DNA from: Candidatus Latescibacterota bacterium
GTDB taxonomy: Bacteria; Latescibacterota; CBDEFO01
DNA: 64,000 bases
NCBI GenBank assembly: GCA_965237525.1
Contig: CBDEFO010000006.1
Span: forward strand, 160,001-224,000
Direction of reading: 5' to 3'
Shown: piece after piece, positions 40,486 to 51,110 of the stretch
How positions within the stretch are numbered: position 1 is the stretch's first letter
Layout: the number at the start of each line of letters is the position of its first letter
Notes under the pieces: generated by a model
Told to the model about the DNA's origin: nothing
Databases searched by the model: none
The model's input: the letters and a program-made list of their open reading frames with translations, nothing else
Program-made: the position numbers and the translations under genes

Positions 40486-43254
40486 CTACATTTTACTTTT
40501 TAGCACCGCCTGCGCCGCTGCAAGGCGAGCAATCGGCACTCGATACGGCGAACAGCTTACGTAGTCCAGGCCGATGGCATGACAGAACTCCACAGAGCTC
40601 GGATCGCCGCCGTGCTCGCCGCAGATCCCAACCTTAAGGTCGGGACGAGTCGCTCTCCCCCTTTCTGTGCCCATCTGCACTAGCTGCCCCACACCCTCCC
40701 TGTCCAACTCCTGGAAGGGATCTGTCTTCATTATGTCTAAGGCTATGTAATCGGGCAAAAACTTCCCGGCGTCGTCTCTGGAAAGCCCCATTGTAGTCTG
40801 GGTCAGATCGTTAGTCCCAAACGAGAAGAAGTCTGCCTCCACCGCTATCTTATCGGCCGTCAGCGCCGCCCTCGGCAGCTCGATCATAGTCCCGACAAGA
40901 TAGTGTATCTCCACGCCGGAGGATGACATAACGCTTTGAGCAGTCTCCTCCACTATCCTCCTTTGCAGCGCCAGCTCGTTCACGTCCCCCACAAGGGGGA
41001 TCATCACCTCAGGATGAACACTTTTACCTTCAGACACCACCTGACACGCCGCCTCAAATATCGCCCTTGCCTGCATCGCCGTTATCTCAGGATAAATAAT
41101 ACCCAGGCGGCATCCTCTGTGCCCTAACATTGGATTTAGCTCCTTAAGCTCGTCTATCCGAAGATGAAGTTTTTCCACAGGGACCTTCATCTTCTCAGCT
41201 AAGTTCTCAATTTCCTGGGGACCATGTGGCAGGAACTCGTGTAGAGGGGGATCCAGAGTCCTTATGGTCACCGGGAGTCCGTCCATGAGCCTGAATATCT
41301 CAACAAAGTCCTGTCTTTGCATCGGCAGGAGCTTTTCGAGGGCTTGCTCCCTGTCCTTTTTGTTGTCAGCGAGGATCATCTCCCTCATAGCGTCGATCCT
41401 GTTACCTTCGAAAAACATATGCTCCGTCCGACAGAGTCCGATGCCCTGTGCTCCGAAACCCAGGGCTGTCCTCACCTGATCCGCTTCGTCAGCGTTAGTC
41501 CACACCTCCAATCTCCTCACCTCGTCCGCCCAGGACATCAAGGCAGCAAAGTCCTGATATGCCTCTGACTCCTCAGGCTCCATAGTCCTGTCCACCAAAA
41601 CCTGCAGGACCTCCGAAGGGACAGTCTTGATATGGCCGGAGAACACCTCGCCTGTGGCGCCGTCTATGGAGATGTAAGCCCCTTCGTCTATCGCTGAGCT
41701 GCTCCCGGAAGTGCCATCCCCTCTTACGGTTATCTTCCCTGCTCCGTAGTCTATCTGGAGAGCCTCGCACCCCACTACACATACCTTTCCCATCTGACGG
41801 GCCACCACTGCAGCGTGTGAGGTCATCCCTCCTCTTGAGGTAAGTATCCCCACCGCTGCGTTCATTCCCCTTATGTCCTCGGGGGACGTCTCGATACGGA
41901 CCAGGATTAAGTCCTCCCCCTTTCTTGCCATCTCCTCTGCCCTATCCGCTCTCAAGACCACTATCCCCGATGCCGCCCCCGGGCCTGCCTTGAGTCCTCT
42001 TGCAAGGAACCTACCTTCGGATATGGCTTTTTCCTTCTCCTCTGGATCGAATATGGGCCTTAGAAGCTGGTTCAACTGGTCTGCCTCGACCCTCTTTAGG
42101 GCCTCCTCCTTATCTATTATTCCCTTCTTTGCCAGATCCACGGCTATCCTGCAGGCTGCAAACCCCGTCCTCTTGCCTGCCCTCGTCTGGAGCATCCATA
42201 GCTGCTTCCTCTCTATGGTGAACTCGAAGTCCTGCATATCCTTGTAGTGGCTGTCCAGCTTCTGGCTAATATCTTCGAGTTGCCCGTAAATCTCCGGCAT
42301 ATCCTCCTCCAAAGAGGGAAGGTCGCTTTCTGCTTTTTGAGCGCGCTTGATAGGCTGTGGAGTCCTTATACCCGCCACCACATCCTCACCCTGAGCGTTC
42401 ATCACGTATTCACCGTAGAGCACGTTGTCACCTGTGGCGGGGTTACGCGTAAACGCCACGCCCGTTCCGCTGTCACCTCCCATATTCCCGAAGACCATAC
42501 CCTGCGCGCTCACAGCTGTCCCCCAATCGTCGGGGATCCTGTTGAGTTCTCTGTAAGCTATTGCCCTTTGGTTGTTCCACGATCCGAAGACCGCTCCGAT
42601 GGCTCCCCACAACTGCTTCATGGGGTCAGAGGGGAACTCCACATTCAGCCGCCTTCTGATCTCATCCTTAAATCGAACTACCAGATTCTTGAGGTCACAG
42701 GCGTCTAAATCCAAATCTGATTTTACGCCCTTTTTCCTCTTTTCCTCCTCTATTATCAGCTCAAAAGGATCGCGTTCGTCATCCTCACTCTCCTTTAACC
42801 CCAGCACCACATCGCCGTACATCTGCACAAGTCTCCGATAGCAATCCCAGGCAAACCTTTCATTTTCCGACCTTTTGGCCAATCCCTCCACGGTCTCGTC
42901 GTTCAGACCCAAATTCAGCACCGTATCCATCATCCCCGGCATAGACGCCCTCGCCCCCGACCTTGCCGACATCAGGAGAGGATCTTCCTTATCCCCGAAT
43001 CTGGAGCCCATAACCTCCTCCATCCTCCCTATCGCCCATTCTACGTCCTCTTTCAGGCCCTCTGGATATGTGCCGTTCACCTGATAGATACTGCATACCT
43101 CTGTGGATATAGTAAATCCGGCCGGTACTGGTATGCCCAAGTTGGTCATCTCCGCCAAACTAGCACCCTTGCCCCCTAAAATATCCTTCATCACACCAGT
43201 TTCTTCGGCAGCGCCACTGCCGAAGGAATATACATATTTTGCAGACACTGCCAT
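40486..43254 (-). CDS. ppdK: Pyruvate, phosphate dikinase
   Basis: LGGKGASLAEM, SMPGMMDTVLNLG, GGMTSHAAVVAR, GIGLCRTEHMF, GICGEHGGDP. Confidence 0.97.
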   Translation of the reverse strand: MAVSAKYVYSFGSGAAEETGVMKDILGGKGASLAEMTNLGIPVPAGFTISTEVCSIYQVNGTYPEGLKEDVEWAIGRMEEVMGSRFGDKEDPLLMSARSGARASMPGMMDTVLNLGLNDETVEGLAKRSENERFAWDCYRRLVQMYGDVVLGLKESEDDERDPFELIIEEEKRKKGVKSDLDLDACDLKNLVVRFKDEIRRRLNVEFPSDPMKQLWGAIGAVFGSWNNQRAIAYRELNRIPDDWGTAVSAQGMVFGNMGGDSGTGVAFTRNPATGDNVLYGEYVMNAQGEDVVAGIRTPQPIKRAQKAESDLPSLEEDMPEIYGQLEDISQKLDSHYKDMQDFEFTIERKQLWMLQTRAGKRTGFAACRIAVDLAKKGIIDKEEALKRVEADQLNQLLRPIFDPEEKEKAISEGRFLARGLKAGPGAASGIVVLRADRAEEMARKGEDLILVRIETSPEDIRGMNAAVGILTSRGGMTSHAAVVARQMGKVCVVGCEALQIDYGAGKITVRGDGTSGSSSAIDEGAYISIDGATGEVFSGHIKTVPSEVLQVLVDRTMEPEESEAYQDFAALMSWADEVRRLEVWTNADEADQVRTALGFGAQGIGLCRTEHMFFEGNRIDAMREMILADNKKDREQALEKLLPMQRQDFVEIFRLMDGLPVTIRTLDPPLHEFLPHGPQEIENLAEKMKVPVEKLHLRIDELKELNPMLGHRGCRLGIIYPEITAMQARAIFEAACQVVSEGKSVHPEVMIPLVGDVNELALQRRIVEETAQSVMSSSGVEIHYLVGTMIELPRAALTADKIAVEADFFSFGTNDLTQTTMGLSRDDAGKFLPDYIALDIMKTDPFQELDREGVGQLVQMGTERGRATRPDLKVGICGEHGGDPSSVEFCHAIGLDYVSCSPYRVPIARLAAAQAVLKSKM

Positions 43255-43274
43255 GACTCCTTTTTTGAACCTAT

Positions 43275-43667
43275 CTACTCTTTTTCAGAATGCAAACATA
43301 AACAGAGCTTCAATTTCCAGCCGAACGCTTTTCTATCTCCGCGTTCCACCGCTTCTGCCTCCCTCTGGCACGATTCTATTTCACGCAGGACACTAGATAC
43401 GTCGATTCCCAGATAGAAAGGCGGACACTTTTCGAGCTTATCCTTGGACTTTCTAATGAGGGTTTTGACCCCGTGCATATTCTCCTTTTCGAGATGGTGA
43501 AAGGCCGCCGCAAGCTGTATGATACCGTGGTAGAATAGCTTCCGGATGGGATCCTCCTCCGCTCTCCAGGCATCCTCAAGGGCTTCGTGAGCGTCCCAGT
43601 GTCTACCTTGTCGATAAAGATCCAGAGCCTTGAGATACGAGGCATCGTACTTTTGATTGTTCATCAT
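43275..43667 (-). CDS. DUF309 family protein
   Basis: WDAHEALEDAW...YHGIIQLAAAFHH. Confidence 0.85.
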   Translation of the reverse strand: MMNNQKYDASYLKALDLYRQGRHWDAHEALEDAWRAEEDPIRKLFYHGIIQLAAAFHHLEKENMHGVKTLIRKSKDKLEKCPPFYLGIDVSSVLREIESCQREAEAVERGDRKAFGWKLKLCLCLHSEKE

Positions 43668-43960
43668 CGTTCAAAGATTCAGGCAGAGTATCCAAGAGAA
43701 TAGAAGGTGCACAGGGAGTGGAGGAGGACCGGCTCTACTTACTACTGTCTACTATTCTAACTTGCTCCTGAAGAACGGCATGCATATCCAGATAGGGCGT
43801 CTTTATCTTTGTGCGTCCATTAAACTTTGAGTTCATCGCCGCAGCCAATATCCCTGCGGTGAAAAGCGTCCTCTGTGCCGTATCTTGTGGCCTGCTGGTG
43901 TTGAACATCTCCCGGACATTCAGCCCTGAATAGCTGATCGGTCATGCTTTCCCTCAGAGC

Positions 43961-45700
43961 TTATCCTCTACTAAGCAGTTCCTCGGCGTATCTTTTCGTC
44001 ACGTCCGAAATATCCTCTCCAGCTATAAGCTTCGCGAGTTCTTCTTTCCTCTGGTCTTCATCTAAGGTCACTACTGATGTTATACTCCTTCGGCCTTTGA
44101 CCTCTTTGATCACACAAAGGTGCTCCTCCGCATGGCTGGCTATCTGAGGCAGATGGGTGATGGAGATTACCTGATGCGACGCCGACAGCTGTCTGAGCTT
44201 TTTCCCCACTGCGTCCGCTATCCTGCCGGATATTCCTATATCTATCTCGTCGAACACCAGAAGTGGAACAGAGTCCACGTCCGCTAATATTGATTTTAAG
44301 GCGAGCATGATCCTTGAGACTTCTCCGCCTGAGGCGATCCTTTTGAGGGGCTTTTCGCCCTCGCCCGGATTGGTCGAGATGTAGAACTCCGTCCTCTCGG
44401 CACCTTTGGGACCCGCCTCGAATCTCCTTCCATCTATAACCGCTCCGCCCTCTCCCACTTCCGTACGCATCAGATCGACCCTGAACTTTGCCCTTTCCAT
44501 CCCCAGATCGCCTAAAGCATCGTTCACCTTCAAAGAGAGCTTCCGCCCCGATAAATCTCGCTTTCTTGATAGCTCGGCGCATAGCTTGGAGAATTTCTCC
44601 TCTATCTTTACAAAGAGACTCCGGGCTTCTCCTATCTGCTCATCTATAGCATCCGAAAGGCCTAATTCCCTCTCCAAAGTCTCCATGTACTTTATCACAT
44701 TGTCCAGAGTTTGGCCGTATTTCCTCTTCAATCTCTCCAGTAGAACGAGCCTTTCCCCCACCTCTTCCAATCTGCCAGGATCGCTTTGAATCTTTTGTAC
44801 GTAATCTCTGAAAAAGTCAGCGAGGTCCTCGACACGGTATATCAGCTCTTGAAACTGCGACAGCTTTGAAGAGAGCTCATTATCTATCCTGGCGGCATCC
44901 GACATCTGCCTTTCTCCCCTCCCCAAGCGATCTACGACCGAGTCTTCCCGTTCGTATAACATATCTAAAAGCCCCGAGCCCGTCTCAGAAAGAAACTGGG
45001 AGTTCTCAAGCACCGACCTTCCTCTTTCCAGATCGTCGTCCTCTCCTATTTTTGGGTCTGCCTCCAGAATCTCGTTCAGCTGAAACGCCTGAAGTTCCCT
45101 TTTTTCCTCTAAACGCTCCTTTTGCCACTCTAATTCGCTGATACTCTTTTTTGCGTCTCCCAGTTCCCTGTGGGCTTTCTCCACTTTCTGCACCAGACCT
45201 GTCAGTCTCCCGAAGCCGTCCAGAAACTCCACATGTTCATCTACCTTCAAAAGGGACTGGTGATCGTGCTGACCGTGAAGGTCTACCAGAAGGTCGCCGA
45301 TCTGTCTTAGGGTCCTGCTCGTGATAGAGGAGCCATTTGCAAAGCACCTGCTCTTTCCATCAGAGGACACCTCACGTCTTAGGATAAACAGATAGCTATC
45401 CTCGTCGGAGGCTGAAACGCCTATATCGTCCAACTTCTGAAGGATCGGATGCCCTTCACTAAGTTCAAATGTACCTTCGACCATACATCTTTCTGCGCCC
45501 TTTCTCACCGAGTCGGTGTCAGCGCGTTCGCCCAATATCAGTCCTAAAGCCCCGATCAGCATAGACTTTCCCGCGCCCGTCTCCCCCGTGATGATGTTCA
45601 ACCCTGGGGAGAGCTCCACATCTGCACCCTCAATTAGAGCCAGGTCCTTTATGTACAACCGACGAAGCAAGTCAATCACCTCCGGATATATATACATCAC
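43961..45700 (-). CDS. recN: DNA repair protein RecN (true start may be about 10 codons later)
   Basis: GETGAGKS, DLHGQHDHQ, ASGGEVSRIMLALK, VFDEID, ITHLPQIA. Confidence 0.95.
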   Translation of the reverse strand: MMYIYPEVIDLLRRLYIKDLALIEGADVELSPGLNIITGETGAGKSMLIGALGLILGERADTDSVRKGAERCMVEGTFELSEGHPILQKLDDIGVSASDEDSYLFILRREVSSDGKSRCFANGSSITSRTLRQIGDLLVDLHGQHDHQSLLKVDEHVEFLDGFGRLTGLVQKVEKAHRELGDAKKSISELEWQKERLEEKRELQAFQLNEILEADPKIGEDDDLERGRSVLENSQFLSETGSGLLDMLYEREDSVVDRLGRGERQMSDAARIDNELSSKLSQFQELIYRVEDLADFFRDYVQKIQSDPGRLEEVGERLVLLERLKRKYGQTLDNVIKYMETLERELGLSDAIDEQIGEARSLFVKIEEKFSKLCAELSRKRDLSGRKLSLKVNDALGDLGMERAKFRVDLMRTEVGEGGAVIDGRRFEAGPKGAERTEFYISTNPGEGEKPLKRIASGGEVSRIMLALKSILADVDSVPLLVFDEIDIGISGRIADAVGKKLRQLSASHQVISITHLPQIASHAEEHLCVIKEVKGRRSITSVVTLDEDQRKEELAKLIAGEDISDVTKRYAEELLSRG

Positions 45701-45823
45701 GTTGTGAACTGGTACTTGGCCTGGTATACTGTCAGGATCACCTAGTTTTATTTTTGTAGGTAAGCGAGTTCCGTTCGAACACTTTGTAGGGGCTGGGTAA
45801 CCCAGCCCCTACATCATCTATTG

Positions 45824-45868
45824 CCAGTCCCCGATCCCCAATAGTATCAATTGGGGATCGGGGACTGG
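45824..45868. repeat. Nested palindrome (CCCCGA family inside itself)
   Basis: CCAGTCCCCGA[TCCCCAATAGTATCAATTGGGGA]TCGGGGACTGG. Confidence 0.8.
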
Positions 45869-45949
45869 ATTTTAGTACCATTTCTTGATATGGTATCTAC
45901 CGCATATGGGGCAGGGAGGAGGGTGGTCCCTGTCTACCCACGATTGAAT

Positions 45950-46864
45950 CTATCGGGGGCTACTGTCTACTGTATAGCCTATTCCCCATCCCAATTTCTC
46001 TCGCAGAAGAGAGTAGAACGATAGGCCGCTCAAGTTCATCAAATTGATCGAAAAGGGAGCCTTACTTACAACCACTCTGCTGTCAGGTTCCAGATCTCCT
46101 GCCGTGCGGCTGTCAACAGTAAGCATCACATCATCGCCCTTCTGTGCCTTAAGCCGGACAGTGATCACCTCATCTTCTGGAACTACCATGCTCCTCAGGG
46201 ACAGAGAATGAGGACATATCGGAGAGGCTATGATGGCCTCCATCCCGGGGTGCACTATAGGTCCGCCCGCAGACAGCGAATAAGCCGTGGATCCTGTTGG
46301 ACTCGATACCACCACTCCATTTCCCATGTAAGACGCCACCATCTCGTCGTTTATGTACATTTCGATCTCCAGGATCCTGGCGCATGATCCTTTCTCCACC
46401 ACCACGTCGTTGAGGGCAAAGAACCTTTTGTCCTCGCCCTCAAGCCCGGCCGAGAGCACCATCCTCCTGTCCACTGTAAACTTGCCTGCTTTAAGCTCTC
46501 TTACGCCCTCCTCCAGATTCTTGGGAGATACATCGGCCAGAAATCCCAATCTCCCTAAATTGACTCCCAATATCGGCACACCTGAATCTCCGACAGCCTC
46601 AGCTGCCTTCAAGATAGTTCCATCTCCCCCGAACGACACCACCACATCGACACTTTCGGCCAGATCGTCCTTGGGCAGTAACCTGCCCTCTACAGCGGAC
46701 GCTTTGAACCGATCCACAGTTTCTTTCAGGTCGTCAACTGCATAAAGTTCAAGGCCTTCCTGTTCCGCTATCCTTATAAATTCCCTTATGACACTTTCCA
46801 CCCTGGGGCGGACACTTTCCCTCAGATCAGATGGGATGCCGAATATGCCTATCTCCCTAATCAT
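45950..46864 (-). CDS. nadK: NAD(+) kinase
   Basis: GGDGT, GVNLGRLGFL, ALNDV, SPTGSTAYSLSAGGP. Confidence 0.95.
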   Translation of the reverse strand: MIREIGIFGIPSDLRESVRPRVESVIREFIRIAEQEGLELYAVDDLKETVDRFKASAVEGRLLPKDDLAESVDVVVSFGGDGTILKAAEAVGDSGVPILGVNLGRLGFLADVSPKNLEEGVRELKAGKFTVDRRMVLSAGLEGEDKRFFALNDVVVEKGSCARILEIEMYINDEMVASYMGNGVVVSSPTGSTAYSLSAGGPIVHPGMEAIIASPICPHSLSLRSMVVPEDEVITVRLKAQKGDDVMLTVDSRTAGDLEPDSRVVVSKAPFSINLMNLSGLSFYSLLREKLGWGIGYTVDSSPR

Positions 46865-47096
46865 CGAGTGCCTCTAATTTGAAGGCGCCATCTTCGTCCT
46901 TTGTTAACTTCTGAATCCTCTTTTTCACCTCGTCAAGGATCGCTGCACATTCCTTTGAGACCCTGACTCCCTCCTCGAACATCTCCAGGGAATCTTCCAG
47001 GGAAATATCTTCGCTTGAAGTGATTTCTCCGCCCTCTAACTTCTCTACTATCTGTTCTAATCGTCGTAGCTTATCCTCAAACTTTTCTTCAGGCAT
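46857..47096 (-). CDS. xseB: Exodeoxyribonuclease VII small subunit
   Basis: FEDKLRRLEQIVEKLE...SLEDSLEMFEEG; follows xseA. Confidence 0.92.
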   Translation of the reverse strand: MPEEKFEDKLRRLEQIVEKLEGGEITSSEDISLEDSLEMFEEGVRVSKECAAILDEVKKRIQKLTKDEDGAFKLEALDD

Positions 47097-48324
47097 AGTT
47101 GTCACGGTCCTCCACATCCTGCACGGAGCAGATTGCGCTGCCCCTTTGGAATCTTATCTTGACCCTATCTTCGACCGAAAGGGTTGAACTGTCCCTTATT
47201 ATGACCCCTTCTGGAACTTTTTGGCAGACAGAAAATCCCCTGCTCAAAGCCGAAAGTGGACTTAAAGCGTCTAACTTCCCCGCCATCTGTCTGTAGGAAA
47301 ACTCCCAGGAACTTATGATATTGTCGAGATAAAGTCTCATCTTGTCGGTAAGTTCATCCACGTTTTGAGCCTTTCTGCCCATCTCTTCCGGGAATCGCCG
47401 CAGGGCGTAGCTTGCAGTTAGTCTCTTCAGGGCGGCGTCTCTGTCCTCGATTCTCCCCTGGATGGTCTTTGATGCCCTCCATAGGAGTCCCTGTATTTCC
47501 CTCTTTATGTCGTTTCTATCCATAACGGCCATCTGGGCGGCGGCAGAGGGCGTCGAAGCCCTTACGTCCGCCACAAGGTCGGCTACGGTAATATCCACTT
47601 CGTGTCCAACAGCCGAGATCACCGGAATTTTCGAGGCGTATATAGCCCTTGCCACCACCTCTTCGTTGAACGCCCACAGGTCTTCGGCGCTCCCGCCCCC
47701 CCTGCCTACGATTAAGACTGAGACGTCACCGTACTCGTTCAGATCCGCTATACCCCTTGCTATCTCATCTGCGGCTCCATCTCCCTGGACTCTTACAGGC
47801 GCCAGAACTATGCGGACGCCTGGGGATCTCTTGGCTATTACGTTTTCAATATCCCGTATTGCAGCACCCACAGGAGATGTAACAACCCCTACCGTCTCAG
47901 GGAACGGCGGAATCGGCCTTTTCCTCGACTCGTCGAAGAGCCCCTCGGACGATAATTTTTCCTTCAGCCTTTCAAACGCCGATTGGAGCTCGCCCGGTCC
48001 AAAAGGGAGCATCTTTGAAGCGTAGAACTGATACTGTCCACCCTTCTCGTAGACCGAAACCTTCCCATATGCCAGCACCTTCATCCCCACATCGGGAGCA
48101 AACGCAATATCTCGGCCCTCCTCTCTCCACATCACACACCTTATCTGGCTCTTTTCATCTTTTAGAGTGAAGTACCTGTGGCCGGACGGATGGCGAGTAA
48201 AATTCGACACCTCGCCCTCTATCCATACGGGTGGGAGACCCTCCTCAATCAACAGCTTCAGGGCCATCGTCACCTCAGATACGCTGTAAGGACGTTCGCC
48301 TGTAGTATCATTCGACCAGTTCAA
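47089..48324 (-). CDS. xseA: Exodeoxyribonuclease VII large subunit
   Basis: WIEGEVSN, SGHRYFTLKD, GRGGGSAEDLWAFN, SAVGHEVD. Confidence 0.96.
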   Translation of the reverse strand: MNWSNDTTGERPYSVSEVTMALKLLIEEGLPPVWIEGEVSNFTRHPSGHRYFTLKDEKSQIRCVMWREEGRDIAFAPDVGMKVLAYGKVSVYEKGGQYQFYASKMLPFGPGELQSAFERLKEKLSSEGLFDESRKRPIPPFPETVGVVTSPVGAAIRDIENVIAKRSPGVRIVLAPVRVQGDGAADEIARGIADLNEYGDVSVLIVGRGGGSAEDLWAFNEEVVARAIYASKIPVISAVGHEVDITVADLVADVRASTPSAAAQMAVMDRNDIKREIQGLLWRASKTIQGRIEDRDAALKRLTASYALRRFPEEMGRKAQNVDELTDKMRLYLDNIISSWEFSYRQMAGKLDALSPLSALSRGFSVCQKVPEGVIIRDSSTLSVEDRVKIRFQRGSAICSVQDVEDRDNYA

Positions 48325-49099
48325 GATCCAGCCTTATCCTTTCGATGCTCTCAGCTTTGCCCGTGCTTTCGTCTATGTCCAAAAGCACAGCGCAAAACTT
48401 AATGTCCGCCTCTGCGGGTTCGAACCTTTCCGGCAGACCGGTCAGGAATCTCCTTATTGCTATATCCTTCTGCGCTCCGATCACAGAGTCGTGGGGACCG
48501 GTCATACCCACGTCTGTTATATAAGCTGTCCCGCCGGGGAGTACCCTCTCATCGGCGGTCTGGACGTGCGTGTGAGTGCCGACCACAGCGCTGGCATGGC
48601 CGTCTGTGTACCATCCAAAGGCGATCTTTTCGGATGTAGCCTCTCCGTGAAAGTCGACTATTATTACCAGAGCTGATTCCTTTAACTGTTCGATCTTTTG
48701 TCTTCCGAGTCGAAATGGACAATCGATGTGCGTCATAAATGTCCTGCCTTGGAGGTTGAGCACCCCTACCGGGATTCCACCTGCAGATTCGAATACTCCA
48801 TAGCCCACACCTCCTGCCTCAGGCGGATAGTTAGCGGGGCGCAGGAGACAGACAGCGTTTTGTATGTATTCTTGGGACTCCTTCCTGTGCCAGACGTGAT
48901 TTCCGCTCGTGATCACGTCAACGCCGTACGAATAGAGTTTTCTTGCGATATTCTCCGTAATCCCGAATCCGCCCGCTGTGTTCTCTCCGTTGGCTATGCA
49001 AAAGTCGATCTCCTTATTCTCCCTAATCTTCGGGAGGAGCTCCGACACCGCCCTTCTCCCTGGCCTTGCGTAAATATCCCCAATGAAAAGTATCCTCAA
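48308..49099 (-). CDS. ymdB: YmdB-like metallophosphoesterase
   Basis: ILFIGDI, NGEN, SGNH, DFHGEATSEK, GTHTHV. Start set at TTG 49099 after GGAG. Confidence 0.92.
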   Translation of the reverse strand: MRILFIGDIYARPGRRAVSELLPKIRENKEIDFCIANGENTAGGFGITENIARKLYSYGVDVITSGNHVWHRKESQEYIQNAVCLLRPANYPPEAGGVGYGVFESAGGIPVGVLNLQGRTFMTHIDCPFRLGRQKIEQLKESALVIIVDFHGEATSEKIAFGWYTDGHASAVVGTHTHVQTADERVLPGGTAYITDVGMTGPHDSVIGAQKDIAIRRFLTGLPERFEPAEADIKFCAVLLDIDESTGKAESIERIRLDLELVE

Positions 49100-49327
49100 A
49101 AGAATGCTCCAAAAAAATAGACAGTAGCCCTGATAGATCCAATCCGAGGTAGACAGGGGCACCATCTGCCCTCCCTTGTCCCCGATTGACTCTATCGGGG
49201 GGCGGGGGGAAGCAATCTCGTAGACAGTAGTTGGGGAGAGGTGGGGCCGTCCTGTATGCTGTTTACTGCTTTTGCCTGCCTTCACTCATCTAATTTGCGA
49301 GCATAATCCACAGCTTAGCGCGCATAA

Positions 49328-50899
49328 TTAGCGGGCATAATCCACAGCCCTGATTTCTCTTATGACTGTAACTTTGATCTGATCTGGATACTCCAGCTGC
49401 GATTCTATCTTATCGGCTATATCAGAGGCTAACTGATCCGCCTGGGCATCATCTAAGAGTTTGCAGTCGGTTATTACCCTTACCTCTCGTCCCGCCTGTA
49501 TTGCATATGTCTTTTCCACGCCGTCAAACGATTCTGCTAACTCCTCCAAGTGATCCAGTCTCTTTACGTAGCCTTCCAGAGTATCTCTCCGTGCCCCCGG
49601 CCTTGCGCTGGAGATGTCATTCGCCGCATCGACTATCGCTGTGATCGGGGATATGATCGGGACACCTTCGTGATGCGCCTCTATTGCGTTGATTACGACC
49701 TCATGTTCCCTGTGCCTTTTTGCTAACTCTGAGCCTATTTCCACGTGTGTTCCCTCAACCTCGTGGTCTACTGCCTTCCCTATATCGTGCAGCAGCCCTG
49801 CCCTTTTGGCTAACTGTTGGTCCAAGCCTAACTCTGCGGCCATCATCCCGGCAAGTAACGCCACTTCCTTGCTGTGCTGAAGGACGTTCTGTCCGAAGCT
49901 TGTGCGATATTTAAGCTTTCCCAAGAGCACAATTAGCTTGTCGTGCAGTCCGTGCACTCCCACCTCGAAGGCCGTCTGTTCCCCGGCCTCCTTTATCTTG
50001 TCGTCTATCTCTGCCTCCACTTTTTCGACGACCTCTTCGATCCTCCCCGGATGAATCCTACCATCCAGGATCAATCTTTCCAGGGATATCCTAGCAATTT
50101 CTCTCCTTATGGGATCAAAGGACGAAAGGATAACAGCCTCAGGGGTGTCGTCCACTATGACATCTACTCCTGTGCGTATCTCAAAGACCCTGATGTTTCT
50201 GCCTTCCCTACCTATGATCCTCCCCTTCATCTCATCCGAGGGGAGAGAGACGATTGATACGGTGGATTCTACAGAATGATCTGCTGCACACCTTTGGATA
50301 GCCATCACCAGGATCTCCCTTGCCTCCCTTTCGGCGTTCGATATAGCTTCATCTTTGATTTCTTTGGCCCGGCGCGCTCCCTCCCGTTTGACCTTGTCCT
50401 CCAGATTAGCCATCAAGATCCTCTGTGCCTCATCCTGCGTCATACGGGATATCTTTTCGAGCCTTTGGTTTTGCTCTGAGATAATCTGTAGTAGCTGCTC
50501 ATCCTTGACCTTTATGCTCCTTTCTCTGGACGATAACTGTTGCTCTCTGATTTGAAGATTCTTCTCTTTGTTGTTCAATATATCCACCTTTTTGTCCATC
50601 TTCCTTTCCCGATCCACAAATTGCATCTCAAGTTTATGGAGTTCATTTCTCTTTTCTTCAGTATTTCTGTCAAAATCGAGTTTTGCCTTGTACCACTCAT
50701 CCTTTGCCTCCAGAAGGGCGGTCTTCTTGAGGGATTCCGCCTCTTCTCGGGCCTCTTCGATAATCTTTTCTGCCTGGGCATCTGCACTTGCGATCTTGCC
50801 CTGTCCTGCTCTGCTATTAGCCAGCCACCCCAAGCCGAAACAGGCTATAAGAACTATGACAAGACCCGCTGCCGGCATGATCAATTGAAGTATATCCAT
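49328..50899 (-). CDS. rny: Ribonuclease Y
   Basis: N-terminal transmembrane segment, coiled coil, KH domain (MKGRIIGREGRNIR), HD domain (LLHDIGK). Confidence 0.96.
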   Translation of the reverse strand: MDILQLIMPAAGLVIVLIACFGLGWLANSRAGQGKIASADAQAEKIIEEAREEAESLKKTALLEAKDEWYKAKLDFDRNTEEKRNELHKLEMQFVDRERKMDKKVDILNNKEKNLQIREQQLSSRERSIKVKDEQLLQIISEQNQRLEKISRMTQDEAQRILMANLEDKVKREGARRAKEIKDEAISNAEREAREILVMAIQRCAADHSVESTVSIVSLPSDEMKGRIIGREGRNIRVFEIRTGVDVIVDDTPEAVILSSFDPIRREIARISLERLILDGRIHPGRIEEVVEKVEAEIDDKIKEAGEQTAFEVGVHGLHDKLIVLLGKLKYRTSFGQNVLQHSKEVALLAGMMAAELGLDQQLAKRAGLLHDIGKAVDHEVEGTHVEIGSELAKRHREHEVVINAIEAHHEGVPIISPITAIVDAANDISSARPGARRDTLEGYVKRLDHLEELAESFDGVEKTYAIQAGREVRVITDCKLLDDAQADQLASDIADKIESQLEYPDQIKVTVIREIRAVDYAR

Positions 50900-50929
50900 C
50901 TTTATTTCCTTTCTGTCTATAAACAAAAA

Positions 50930-51110
50930 TTCCCCTGTACCGCGTTATACTCTCCCCAGAAGCATCGAAGGAATCTTTGGGGAACAGTGGCTAAACCGTG
51001 TTTTGACTTTCAAAAGGAGTCTCCTGATCCTTAGACACGCGGCGGGGATTCTAGAAACCGTATATTATGTTGGTGGAATTCTTTGGAGGCGTTCCATCTA
51101 AAGGGCCGAG
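50930..51110 (-). ncRNA. ssrS: Probable 6S RNA (ends approximate)
   Basis: ORF-free interval between zapA and rny, a common 6S position; the 5' CCCT... and 3' ...TACAGGGG ends can close a long hairpin. Confidence 0.6.

Noticed and set aside
43730..43945. Small ORFs between recN and the DUF309 gene
   Set aside because: Two candidate frames under 60 aa with no recognisable homology; one ends in heptamer repeats.
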